A DNA stretch of 64,000 nt from an uncultured Gemmatimonadota bacterium (lineage in GTDB: Bacteria; Blakebacterota; Blakebacteria; Blakebacterales; Blakebacteraceae): contig CAZNUA010000009.1 in the NCBI GenBank assembly GCA_964576115.1, forward strand, positions 20,364-84,363, given 5' to 3'. Position numbers and translations under genes: made by a program. Every line of letters starts with the position of its first letter. Position 1 is the stretch's first letter. This document shows positions 48,372 to 56,682 of the stretch, one piece after another. Below the pieces are notes generated by a model that saw only the letters and a program-made list of their open reading frames with translations, did not search any database and was not told the DNA's origin.

Positions 48372-51038
48372 ATGGCCGAGAAGTACGTCTACGCATTCGG
48401 AGCCGGGAAGGCTGATGGGACCGGGAAGATGAAGGATCTGTTGGGCGGCAAGGGCGCCAACCTGGCCGAGATGACCCGTATCGGCATCCCCGTGCCACCC
48501 GGCTTCACGATCAGCACCGAGGTCTGTACCTACTATTCCCAGAAGGGCGGTACATATCCGTCCGGCCTGAAGGGGCAGGTTTCAGCGGCCCTGAAGATGG
48601 TCGAGAAGATCATGGGACGGCGTTTCGGTAATCCGGAGGAACCGCTCCTGTTCAGCGTGCGCTCGGGCGCGAAATTCAGCATGCCCGGCATGATGGACAC
48701 CGTCCTGAACCTGGGCCTGAACGATCGCAGTGTGAAGGGCCTGGCTGCAGCGGCCGACGGCGACGAGCGCTTCGCCTGGGACTGCTATCGCCGGGTCATC
48801 CAGATGTACGGCGGGGTCGTGCTCGAAATCGACGGCGAGCACTTCGAGGAGATCATCACCGCGCAGAAGAAAAAGCGGAAGGTCGCGCTCGACCTCGAAC
48901 TTACCGCCGCCGACTGGAAGGCAGTCGTGTCGGCCTTCAAGAAACTGGTTCGCACGAAATCGGGCCGGGCCTTTCCGCAGAAGCCCGAAGATCAGCTCTG
49001 GGGCGCCATCGGAGCGGTTTTCGGATCGTGGGATAACCCGCGGGCGGTCAAGTACCGCGAACTGAACAACATCCCCGACGATCTGGGCACGGCCGTGAAC
49101 GTGCAGGCCATGGTCTACGGCAATCTGGGCGAGGGTTCGGCGACCGGGGTGGCTTTCACCCGCGACGCCGCCACCGGAGAGAACATCTTCTACGGCGAGT
49201 GGCTGCCCAACGCCCAGGGCGAGGACGTGGTGGCCGGCATTCGCACGCCCCTGCCGATCCGCAAGGTGAAGGGCGCCACGCTGCCCTCGCTGCAGGAGGA
49301 GATGCCGAAGATCTACAAGCAGCTCGAGGGCATCAGGGCCAAACTCGAGAAGCACTACACCGATATGCAGGACGTGGAGTTCACCATCGAGCGCGGCACG
49401 CTCTGGATGCTGCAGACCCGCACGGGTAAACGTACCGCCCAGGCTTCGCTCAAGATAGCCGTGGACATGGTGCGCGAGAAACTGATCACAAAGGAAACGG
49501 CTGTACAGCGGATCGATCCGGGTCAGCTCGATCAGCTCCTGCACCCCTCTTTCGAGGACAAGGCCGAGAAGACGGTCCTGGCCAAAGGGTTGCCGGCTTC
49601 GCCCGGTGCCGCGGTCGGCCAGGTCGTCTTTCATGCCGACGTGGCCGAGAAGTGGGCTGCCGACGGCAAGGACGTCATCCTGGTGCGGGTCGAGACCAGC
49701 CCCGAGGATATCGGCGGTATGGATGCCGCTAAAGGTATTCTCACGGCTCGCGGTGGCATGACGTCTCACGCCGCCGTGGTGGCCCGCGGTATGGGCAAGT
49801 GCTGTGTGGCCGGGTGCGAAGAGATTCAGGTCGACTATCGCAAGAAGCTTTTCAAGGTCAACGGCACGAACTTCAAGGAGGGGGCCTGGATCAGTCTCGA
49901 CGGCACCACGGGGCAGGTCATGAAGGGCAAGGTTCCGACCCGCAAACCAGAGTTGAGCAAGGAATACAATCAGCTCATGAAGTGGGTCGATGCGATCCGC
50001 CGCCTCAAGGTGCGCACCAACGCCGATACGCCGGGCGATTCGAAGGTGGCCCGCGAGTTCGGGGCCGAAGGGATCGGTCTCTGCCGTACCGAGCACATGT
50101 TCTTCGAGGGTGAACGCATCACCCGTATGCGCGAGATGATCCTGGCTTCGGACGAGGCCGGTCGCCGGGCGGCCCTGAAGAAACTGCTCCCCGTTCAGCG
50201 GCGCGACTTCGAAGGCATCTTCCGTGCCATGGACGGCCTGCCCGTCACGATCCGCTTGCTCGATCCGCCCCTGCACGAGTTCCTCCCCCATGAGGATGAC
50301 GCCGTGAAGGCGGTGGCGCGCGAACTCAAGATCAAGCCGGCTGAAGTGCGCCGGCGGGCCGAGGCGCTGGCCGAATTCAACCCGATGCTCGGGCATCGCG
50401 GCTGTCGGCTGGCGATCACCTACCCCGAGATCTGCGAGATGCAGGCCCGAGCCATCATCGAAGCTGCCTGCAACGTGCAGAAGAAGGGCGTGAAGGTTCT
50501 GCCCGAGATCATGGTCCCGCTCATCGGCACCGAGCGGGAATTCACCCTCCTGCGCGATATCATCGTCGAGGTGGCCGAAGAGGTCGCCAAGCGCAAGAGC
50601 GTGAAGGTGAAGTACCTGGTCGGGACCATGATGGAGATCCCGCGGGCTTGCCTGGTCGCCGACCGGGTGGCCGAGACGGCCGAATTTTTCAGCTTCGGCA
50701 CCAACGACCTGACCCAGATGGCCTACGGTTACAGCCGCGACGATTCGGGCCGCTTTCTGGACGAGTACATCCAGAGCGGGGTTCTGACCGGCGATCCCTT
50801 CCAGAGTCTGGACACCGTGGGGGTCGGACAGCTGGTCGAGACCGGAACCCGCCTGGGCCGGGAGCAGAATCCGAAGCTCAAGGTCGGGGTATGCGGCGAG
50901 CACGGCGGCGACCCGGCCAGCGTGCATTTCTTCCATCATGTGGGGCTGGACTATGTTTCCTGTTCGCCTTACCGTGTTCCCATTGCGCGCCTGGCGGCCG
51001 CCCACGCCGTACTGGGCGAGCAGGAGCGCGACAAGTAG
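48372..51038 (+). CDS. ppdK: Pyruvate, phosphate dikinase
   Basis: LLGGKGANLAEM, SVRSGA, GGMTSHAAVVARG (phospho-His), GLCRTEHMF, FSFGTNDLTQ, GVCGEHGG. Confidence 0.98.
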   Translation: MAEKYVYAFGAGKADGTGKMKDLLGGKGANLAEMTRIGIPVPPGFTISTEVCTYYSQKGGTYPSGLKGQVSAALKMVEKIMGRRFGNPEEPLLFSVRSGAKFSMPGMMDTVLNLGLNDRSVKGLAAAADGDERFAWDCYRRVIQMYGGVVLEIDGEHFEEIITAQKKKRKVALDLELTAADWKAVVSAFKKLVRTKSGRAFPQKPEDQLWGAIGAVFGSWDNPRAVKYRELNNIPDDLGTAVNVQAMVYGNLGEGSATGVAFTRDAATGENIFYGEWLPNAQGEDVVAGIRTPLPIRKVKGATLPSLQEEMPKIYKQLEGIRAKLEKHYTDMQDVEFTIERGTLWMLQTRTGKRTAQASLKIAVDMVREKLITKETAVQRIDPGQLDQLLHPSFEDKAEKTVLAKGLPASPGAAVGQVVFHADVAEKWAADGKDVILVRVETSPEDIGGMDAAKGILTARGGMTSHAAVVARGMGKCCVAGCEEIQVDYRKKLFKVNGTNFKEGAWISLDGTTGQVMKGKVPTRKPELSKEYNQLMKWVDAIRRLKVRTNADTPGDSKVAREFGAEGIGLCRTEHMFFEGERITRMREMILASDEAGRRAALKKLLPVQRRDFEGIFRAMDGLPVTIRLLDPPLHEFLPHEDDAVKAVARELKIKPAEVRRRAEALAEFNPMLGHRGCRLAITYPEICEMQARAIIEAACNVQKKGVKVLPEIMVPLIGTEREFTLLRDIIVEVAEEVAKRKSVKVKYLVGTMMEIPRACLVADRVAETAEFFSFGTNDLTQMAYGYSRDDSGRFLDEYIQSGVLTGDPFQSLDTVGVGQLVETGTRLGREQNPKLKVGVCGEHGGDPASVHFFHHVGLDYVSCSPYRVPIARLAAAHAVLGEQERDK

Positions 51039-51074
51039 GACACAGGCCGGAGGAACCGGAAGAAGAAGGGGCTC

Positions 51075-51860
51075 GTGAGCAGGGTTATTGCGGTCGCGAA
51101 TCAGAAGGGCGGAGTGGGTAAGACCACCACCGCCGTCAACGTGTCGGCCTGCCTGGCCGAAGCCGGGCATACGACCTGCCTGATCGACATTGATCCCCAG
51201 GCCAACGCCACCTCGGGACTGGGGGTGGACCCCAACTCGGTCGATCTGACCATTTACGAAGCTCTGATCGAGGAAATCTCGATCGAGGACGCCTTGATCT
51301 CGACCTCGGTCAACGGGCTCGACCTCGTGCCCAGCCACATCCGCCTGACCGGGGCCGAACTCGAAATGGTGGCCATGATCGGGCGCGAGAAAAAACTCCA
51401 GCAGGCCCTGGAGCCCCTGCGCGACGCCTACGAGTTCATCCTCGTCGACTGCCCCCCCAGCCTGGGACTGCTGACCCTCAATACCCTGACCGCGGCCGAC
51501 TCGGTCATCATCCCCATCCAGTGCGAGTACTACGCCCTGGAGGGCCTCGGCAAACTGCTGAACACCATCCGCCTGGTCCAGAAGCACCTGAATCCCAACC
51601 TCGATATCGAAGGCGTTCTGCTGACCATGTTCGACAGCCGGCTCAACCTGAGCCGGCAGGTAGCCGAAGAAGCGGTCCGTTTCTTCAATGACAAGGTCTA
51701 CAAGACCCGGATCATGCGGAATGTCCGGCTCGGTGAGGCGCCCTCGTTCGGGATGCCGATCATCCAGTACGACATCCTGTCGACGGGCGCGGAGAATTAC
51801 ATCAGCCTCACCAAGGAGATCGTCGCGTATGCCCAGAAAGGCGCTCGGCAAAGGGCTTGA
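51075..51860 (+). CDS. parA: Chromosome partitioning ATPase ParA/Soj
   Basis: [45 protein letters not shown]. Confidence 0.97.
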   Translation: MSRVIAVANQKGGVGKTTTAVNVSACLAEAGHTTCLIDIDPQANATSGLGVDPNSVDLTIYEALIEEISIEDALISTSVNGLDLVPSHIRLTGAELEMVAMIGREKKLQQALEPLRDAYEFILVDCPPSLGLLTLNTLTAADSVIIPIQCEYYALEGLGKLLNTIRLVQKHLNPNLDIEGVLLTMFDSRLNLSRQVAEEAVRFFNDKVYKTRIMRNVRLGEAPSFGMPIIQYDILSTGAENYISLTKEIVAYAQKGARQRA

Positions 51861-52737
51861 CGCCCTCATCCCGGGCGCGGGCGATGAAGGGGCGTCCGCC
51901 GCCCGTTCGGAGCAGGCTCCCGGCCAGCCCGGTGAGGCGGGTACCGTCGTCAAGGTCCGCCTGAGCGAGATCACTCCCAATCCCTGGCAGCCACGACAGG
52001 ATTTCGACCGCGAGACCCTCGAGGAACTGGCCGCCTCAATCAAACAAAAGGGTATTCTGCAGCCGGTTCTGCTGCGCCGGGTCGAAGAGGGGTACGAACT
52101 GGTGGCCGGGGAGCGGCGGTTCCGGGCCGCCCGGCTCGCCGGACTGCGGACCATCCCGGCCATCGTCTACGATATCGAGAGCGCCGGAGACATGCTCGAG
52201 TTCTCGTTGATCGAGAATGTCCACCGCGAAGATCTCAATGCCATCGACACCGCCCGGGCCTATCGGCAGCTGGCCGAAGAGTGCAAGCTGACCCAGGAGC
52301 AGATCGCCGAGCGGATGGGGAAAAGCCGGGCGGCAATCGCCAACACCCTGCGTCTGCTCAATCTGCCTGACGAGGTGCAGAAGAAAGTGCGTCAGGGGGA
52401 TATGGGTGAGGGACACGCCCGGGCTCTGCTTGCCCTGACCACGAAGAAACAGCAGGTCGAGCTGGCCCGGCGGATCGTGCGGCGCGGTCTGTCGGTACGC
52501 GAGGTGGAACGTCTGGTCCGCCGGATCGTCGAGGGAGAGGACGGAGCCGGGACCAGGGCGAAGAAAATGCGCCCGCTCAGCCCGCGGCTGCAGGCCGTAC
52601 TCGAGGAAATGCAGCGGGCCCTGGGCACGAAGGTGGCGATCACGGGAACCGAAAAGAAGGGTTCGGTGAAGATCGAGTACTACTCCGCGGATGACCTGAC
52701 CCGCATCTGCGACCGGCTTGATATCATGCTGGATTGA
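51829..52737 (+). CDS. parB: Chromosome partitioning protein ParB/Spo0J
   Basis: ATG at 51829 ([12 protein letters not shown]), [40 protein letters not shown]. Confidence 0.97.
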   Translation: MPRKALGKGLDALIPGAGDEGASAARSEQAPGQPGEAGTVVKVRLSEITPNPWQPRQDFDRETLEELAASIKQKGILQPVLLRRVEEGYELVAGERRFRAARLAGLRTIPAIVYDIESAGDMLEFSLIENVHREDLNAIDTARAYRQLAEECKLTQEQIAERMGKSRAAIANTLRLLNLPDEVQKKVRQGDMGEGHARALLALTTKKQQVELARRIVRRGLSVREVERLVRRIVEGEDGAGTRAKKMRPLSPRLQAVLEEMQRALGTKVAITGTEKKGSVKIEYYSADDLTRICDRLDIMLD

Positions 52738-52764
52738 TTCCCGACCCGGGAGAAGGATGACACG

Positions 52765-53586
52765 GTGGGCAGGCGACGCAGCTGGACGATAGTATTCGTA
52801 CCCGATGACGAGACGGGGCCGCGCCAGGTCACCCTCGGTCCCGGTTCGGTGCGTCTGCTCACGATCCTGGTCGTCCTGCTGATCGTGATTCTCGGGTTCG
52901 GGGTAGCCACCTACTGGCGGGTGGCCAGAGTGGCGATCGAGACGACCGCGGTCAAGGAGCAGAACCGACAGCTGCAGGCCCAGGTCGAGACGGTCTGGGA
53001 ACTCGAACGCCTGATGGCCGATCTGCTCGAGACCGATTACAAACTGCGAACCCAGCTCGGGATCGAGTTCCCCGAGGACTGGCCCGGATACAACTACCAG
53101 CTGGGACCTGAAATCGCCCCCGACACCGGTGGCGAGCGGCCGGCCGGCACCCTGCCGGAAGGGACGATCGCCGAGAGCGGCGCAGAGGAAGAGCGTGCCC
53201 TGCTCTTTGTCATGCCTGTCACACAGGGCTGGCCGAGCGCGGAGTTCGGTTCGGGCGAGGGCGCCAGCGCGGCAGCCCATACGGGTATCGACTTCGCCGC
53301 CCGGACCGGCACCCCGATCCGGGCCGCGGCGGATGGTCAGGTCGTCTTTGCCGGCATGGATGACCGCTACGGGTATCTGCTGGAAATCAGGCACTCGACA
53401 CGGCTTTCAACCCGCTACGGCCACTGCCAGAGGTTGCTGGTGCGGCAAGATCAGCTTGTCAAGAGAGGCGACATCATAGCATACGTAGGGAGCACAGGGC
53501 GGGTCACCACCGGTCCGCATCTGCACTTCGAGGTGCTCAGAAACGGTCGACCGGTGAATCCCCGCGACTACCTCCCCAGCTTCTGA
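52765..53586 (+). CDS. M23 family metalloendopeptidase with N-terminal TM and coiled coil
   Basis: HTGIDF, TRYGHC, TGPHLHFEV. Confidence 0.93.
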   Translation: MGRRRSWTIVFVPDDETGPRQVTLGPGSVRLLTILVVLLIVILGFGVATYWRVARVAIETTAVKEQNRQLQAQVETVWELERLMADLLETDYKLRTQLGIEFPEDWPGYNYQLGPEIAPDTGGERPAGTLPEGTIAESGAEEERALLFVMPVTQGWPSAEFGSGEGASAAAHTGIDFAARTGTPIRAAADGQVVFAGMDDRYGYLLEIRHSTRLSTRYGHCQRLLVRQDQLVKRGDIIAYVGSTGRVTTGPHLHFEVLRNGRPVNPRDYLPSF

Positions 53587-53596
53587 AAGGAATACT

Positions 53597-54037
53597 ATGT
53601 CGAAGATCGCTTCCGGTGACGGGACGATGAACACTCTGCTCGGCCACGGTACGGTGGTTGAAGGCACGTTCAACGTTTCGAGCAGCATGCGGGTGGACGG
53701 CAAGATCACCGGTCAGATCACCTGCTCCGACAGTCTCCTGGTGGGCAAAACCGGAGTGCTCGAAGCCAGCGTCAAGGTCAAGAACGCTACGGTCGGCGGT
53801 CGGGTCGAAGGCGATATCGTGGCGAGCGAGGTGGTCATCCTGGAGAGCAACAGCACGGTGCTGGGTGATGTGACCACCAAGAAGCTCATCATCGAAGAGG
53901 GCGCCGTCTTCAACGGGACCTGTCACATGGGCGGGGATGCTCCCAAGGGTGCCAAACCCGCGGTCCGCACCGAATCGTCCGTGGCTACACCCTCCGATGC
54001 CGCACCGGGACTGCCGCTGGAGAAGGGGGCGGACTGA
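53597..54037 (+). CDS. Bactofilin (polymer-forming cytoskeletal protein)
   Basis: TLLGHGTVVEG, RVDGKITG, VEGDI, IEEGAVFNG beta-helix repeats. Confidence 0.94.
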   Translation: MSKIASGDGTMNTLLGHGTVVEGTFNVSSSMRVDGKITGQITCSDSLLVGKTGVLEASVKVKNATVGGRVEGDIVASEVVILESNSTVLGDVTTKKLIIEEGAVFNGTCHMGGDAPKGAKPAVRTESSVATPSDAAPGLPLEKGAD

Positions 54038-54131
54038 GGCTGTCGCTCTCTGCCCTCGACCGGGTTTTTTCCCGACCCGGCCCATCCCGGGCTGTCCGGG
54101 ACCGCCGGCCGGTGATCCGGCGCCAGGCCGC

Positions 54132-54292
54132 TGTGGAAAAGGTACGCGGTGAAGGTCCCGGCGGGAAGGCTGCAGGGGGATGGCAGGCAGGGATGTTGAT
54201 AACTGACCCGGGACTGTGGAAAACCACCCATCTTCATATTTTACAATAGCTTGACCGGAGAACCTCAGTGATGAGTTCACGGGTTATCCACA
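54132..54292. promoter_or_regulatory. Cluster of four DnaA-box-like 9-mers around a short AT-rich tract
   Basis: TGTGGAAAA 54132-54140, TGTTGATAA 54194-54202, TGTGGAAAA 54215-54223, TTATCCACA 54284-54292. Confidence 0.65.
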
Positions 54293-55599
54293 ACCTCAAC
54301 CATGCCAGCCGGGAACGGGCTATCCTGGTCGCAGTCGACCTGGCCGACAGTGAAGGAGTCGAGGTTGAGGAATCTCTGGCCGAACTGGCTCAGCTCGCCG
54401 ATACCGCCGGAGCCGAGGTGATCGACCGCCTGGTCCAGAGCCGCGAGAAGCTCGATCCGGCCACCTATGTCGGACGAGGATTCGCCGAACGGATCGGCCG
54501 GCGGGTTCGGGCCCAGGCGGCCGACCTGGTCATCTTCGACGAGGATCTGAGCCCGGCCCAGGTGCGCAATCTGGAACGCGAGGTTGAGGTCAAGATCATC
54601 GATCGCTCCGGGCTGATCCTCGACATCTTCGCCGAACGGGCCAAAACCCGCGAGGCCAGAACCCAGGTCGAACTGGCTCAGCTCGAGTACCTGCTGCCGC
54701 GCCTGACCCGGGCCTGGAGTCACCTGTCGCGGCAGGTCGGCGGCATCGGAACCCGGGGGCCGGGGGAGACCCAGCTCGAGGTGGACCGGCGGCTGGTCCG
54801 CAACCGGATCGCCGAACTGCACAAGGATCTGGCCCGGATCGAACGCCAGCGCGACACCCAGCGGGCGGGGCGCAGCGACTTTTTTCAGATCACACTGGTG
54901 GGTTATACCAACGCCGGCAAGTCGACTCTGCTCAACCGTCTGGCCGGGGCCGAGGTCTTCACCGAGGACCGGCTCTTCGCTACCCTGGATGCCACGACCC
55001 GGTCGGTGCGCCTGCCCGAGGGACCCGACGTGCTGATAACCGACACGGTCGGTTTCATCCGCAAGCTCCCCCCCGGGCTGGTGGCCAGCTTCCGCAGCAC
55101 CCTCGAAGAGGCAGTCGTAGCCGACCTCCTGGTCCATGTCGTGGACCTGAGTCATCCCTGGTATGCAGACCACATCTCGAGCGCCAACCGGGTGCTCGAC
55201 GATCTCGATATCCTCGACCATCCCACCGTCATGACTTTCAACAAGGTCGACCTGGTTTCAGAGCGGGAGTCGGAGATCGCCCGCAATGCCTGGCCCGGAG
55301 CGCGGGTTATCAGCGCCGCGGACGGACATGGAGTCGAGGAACTCATATCGGCTCTGGTGGAGCAGGTGCGGGCCCAGCAGGTTGTCGCCGAGATCGCGGT
55401 TCCCCAGCAGCGTCAGGATCTGGTGAATATCGTCCACGAGATGGGCAGCGTGCTCGAACGGAACTATGATGAGAAAGTCGCCCGATTCACCCTGCGGACC
55501 ACCGCCGCCCGCTGCGGCCGTCTGGCCCGTCTTCTCGAGGATGTCTACGGTGCCTCCCTGACGGTGGCGGGTCGGCCGGTAGAAAGTGACCATGCCTGA
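54271..55599 (+). CDS. hflX: Ribosome-splitting GTPase HflX
   Basis: ERAILV, ILDIFAERA, GPGETQLE, GYTNAGKS, DRLFATLD, DTVGFI, NKVD. Confidence 0.96.
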   Translation: MSSRVIHNLNHASRERAILVAVDLADSEGVEVEESLAELAQLADTAGAEVIDRLVQSREKLDPATYVGRGFAERIGRRVRAQAADLVIFDEDLSPAQVRNLEREVEVKIIDRSGLILDIFAERAKTREARTQVELAQLEYLLPRLTRAWSHLSRQVGGIGTRGPGETQLEVDRRLVRNRIAELHKDLARIERQRDTQRAGRSDFFQITLVGYTNAGKSTLLNRLAGAEVFTEDRLFATLDATTRSVRLPEGPDVLITDTVGFIRKLPPGLVASFRSTLEEAVVADLLVHVVDLSHPWYADHISSANRVLDDLDILDHPTVMTFNKVDLVSERESEIARNAWPGARVISAADGHGVEELISALVEQVRAQQVVAEIAVPQQRQDLVNIVHEMGSVLERNYDEKVARFTLRTTAARCGRLARLLEDVYGASLTVAGRPVESDHA

Positions 55600-56584
55600 A
55601 CACTCGCAGACCTGGCCCCCCTGTGAACCCGGTTCGGCGCTGGAACCCTCGCAGTGGCCGTTCGTCTGCATCGGTCCGGGACGGGTGGGCAGTACTCTCT
55701 CTCGGGCGCTGATCGCACTCGGATTCCCCCCGGTCGGGATCGGCGGGATCCCCACCGCCGAGGTCGAGCGCCTGGCCGACGAACTCGGAACCGTCGTGCG
55801 GGGTGTCGCAGGACAGGGTACCGCCGGGCGGAGTGCCACAGCAGGGGAAACCCCGGCGCAGGACACCGACTGGTCCGGCTTGGGCCGCACCGCCCGGCTC
55901 ATCGTGCTCACCGTTCCCGATGACGTACTCGGCGAGGTCTCGACCCGGGTGTTGAACACCGCCGGCCTCGGCCCGGGGAACTGCGTGCTGCAGACCTCGG
56001 CCACGATTGCGGCCCGCCCCGCGGTCGAGCATGTGCCCGACGAACCGCTCTTTGTGAGCCTGCATCCCATGAAACCGATCCCGGCTCCCGATCTCGAACC
56101 GGCTCATTTCCACGGGGTTGTCTTCGGAGTCGAAGGTAATGAACCGGCCCGTGAGCTGGGATGCGCACTGGCTCACCTGCTGGGCGGGCACCCGATCGAA
56201 CTGGCGGCGGCCGACAAGCCCGCCTACCACGCCGCCGGTGTGCTGGCCTATACCGGCCTGATGGCTCTCTACGGCGCGGTCTCAGACCTGGCCCGGATCG
56301 TCGACCTGCCCGGGCAGTGGCTGCAGCAGGGAATCGTCCCGGGGTTGGTCGACACCCTGGAACAGCTTCAGGGGACCGGACTTCCGGCCGCTCTCACCGG
56401 GCCGGTCAGCCGGGGTGACTGTGGCGTGATCCTCGCTCACCTCGAAGCCCTCGAGACCCGCGTGCCCCATCTGCTGCCCCTGTACCGCGAGATCACCCGC
56501 TTCAACATCGGTGTGGCCGAGGCCGGGGGAAAAGTCGACTGCGATACCATCTGCGCTCTCCGGGACCTGCTCGAAACCTTCTGA
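55592..56584 (+). CDS. Rossmann-like plus DUF2520 domain protein (PanG-like oxidoreductase)
   Basis: IGPGRVG, LTVPDD, LHPM, YHAAGV, ALTGPVSRGD. Confidence 0.85.
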   Translation: MPEHSQTWPPCEPGSALEPSQWPFVCIGPGRVGSTLSRALIALGFPPVGIGGIPTAEVERLADELGTVVRGVAGQGTAGRSATAGETPAQDTDWSGLGRTARLIVLTVPDDVLGEVSTRVLNTAGLGPGNCVLQTSATIAARPAVEHVPDEPLFVSLHPMKPIPAPDLEPAHFHGVVFGVEGNEPARELGCALAHLLGGHPIELAAADKPAYHAAGVLAYTGLMALYGAVSDLARIVDLPGQWLQQGIVPGLVDTLEQLQGTGLPAALTGPVSRGDCGVILAHLEALETRVPHLLPLYREITRFNIGVAEAGGKVDCDTICALRDLLETF

Positions 56585-56682
56585 TACCCGGGCGGGACGA
56601 CATATCCGGATACCCGGGTGGGGCGACACAACCGAACGGTCTGGTACCGGGTACGTGCAGGGGGACCGATGCAGGCCGGGAA

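Noticed and set aside
48005-48498. Short ORFs across the repeat (48005..48349, 48176..48364, 48184..48432, 48214..48498)
   Set aside because: Translations merely reflect the 14-bp repeat cycling through frames; no SD or family motif.
48582-52163. Very long antisense or alternate-frame ORFs (e.g. 48582..52163, 10638..13262, 26315..29023, 21912..23282, upstream part of 1569..4334)
   Set aside because: Shadow ORFs expected opposite high-GC genes with strong codon bias; no family motifs, and they overlap confidently identified genes.
51039-54270. parS site near parAB
   Set aside because: No TGTTTCACGTGAAACA-like palindrome seen by eye here; the CACGTG at about 39768 has non-matching arms. A computational scan is still needed.
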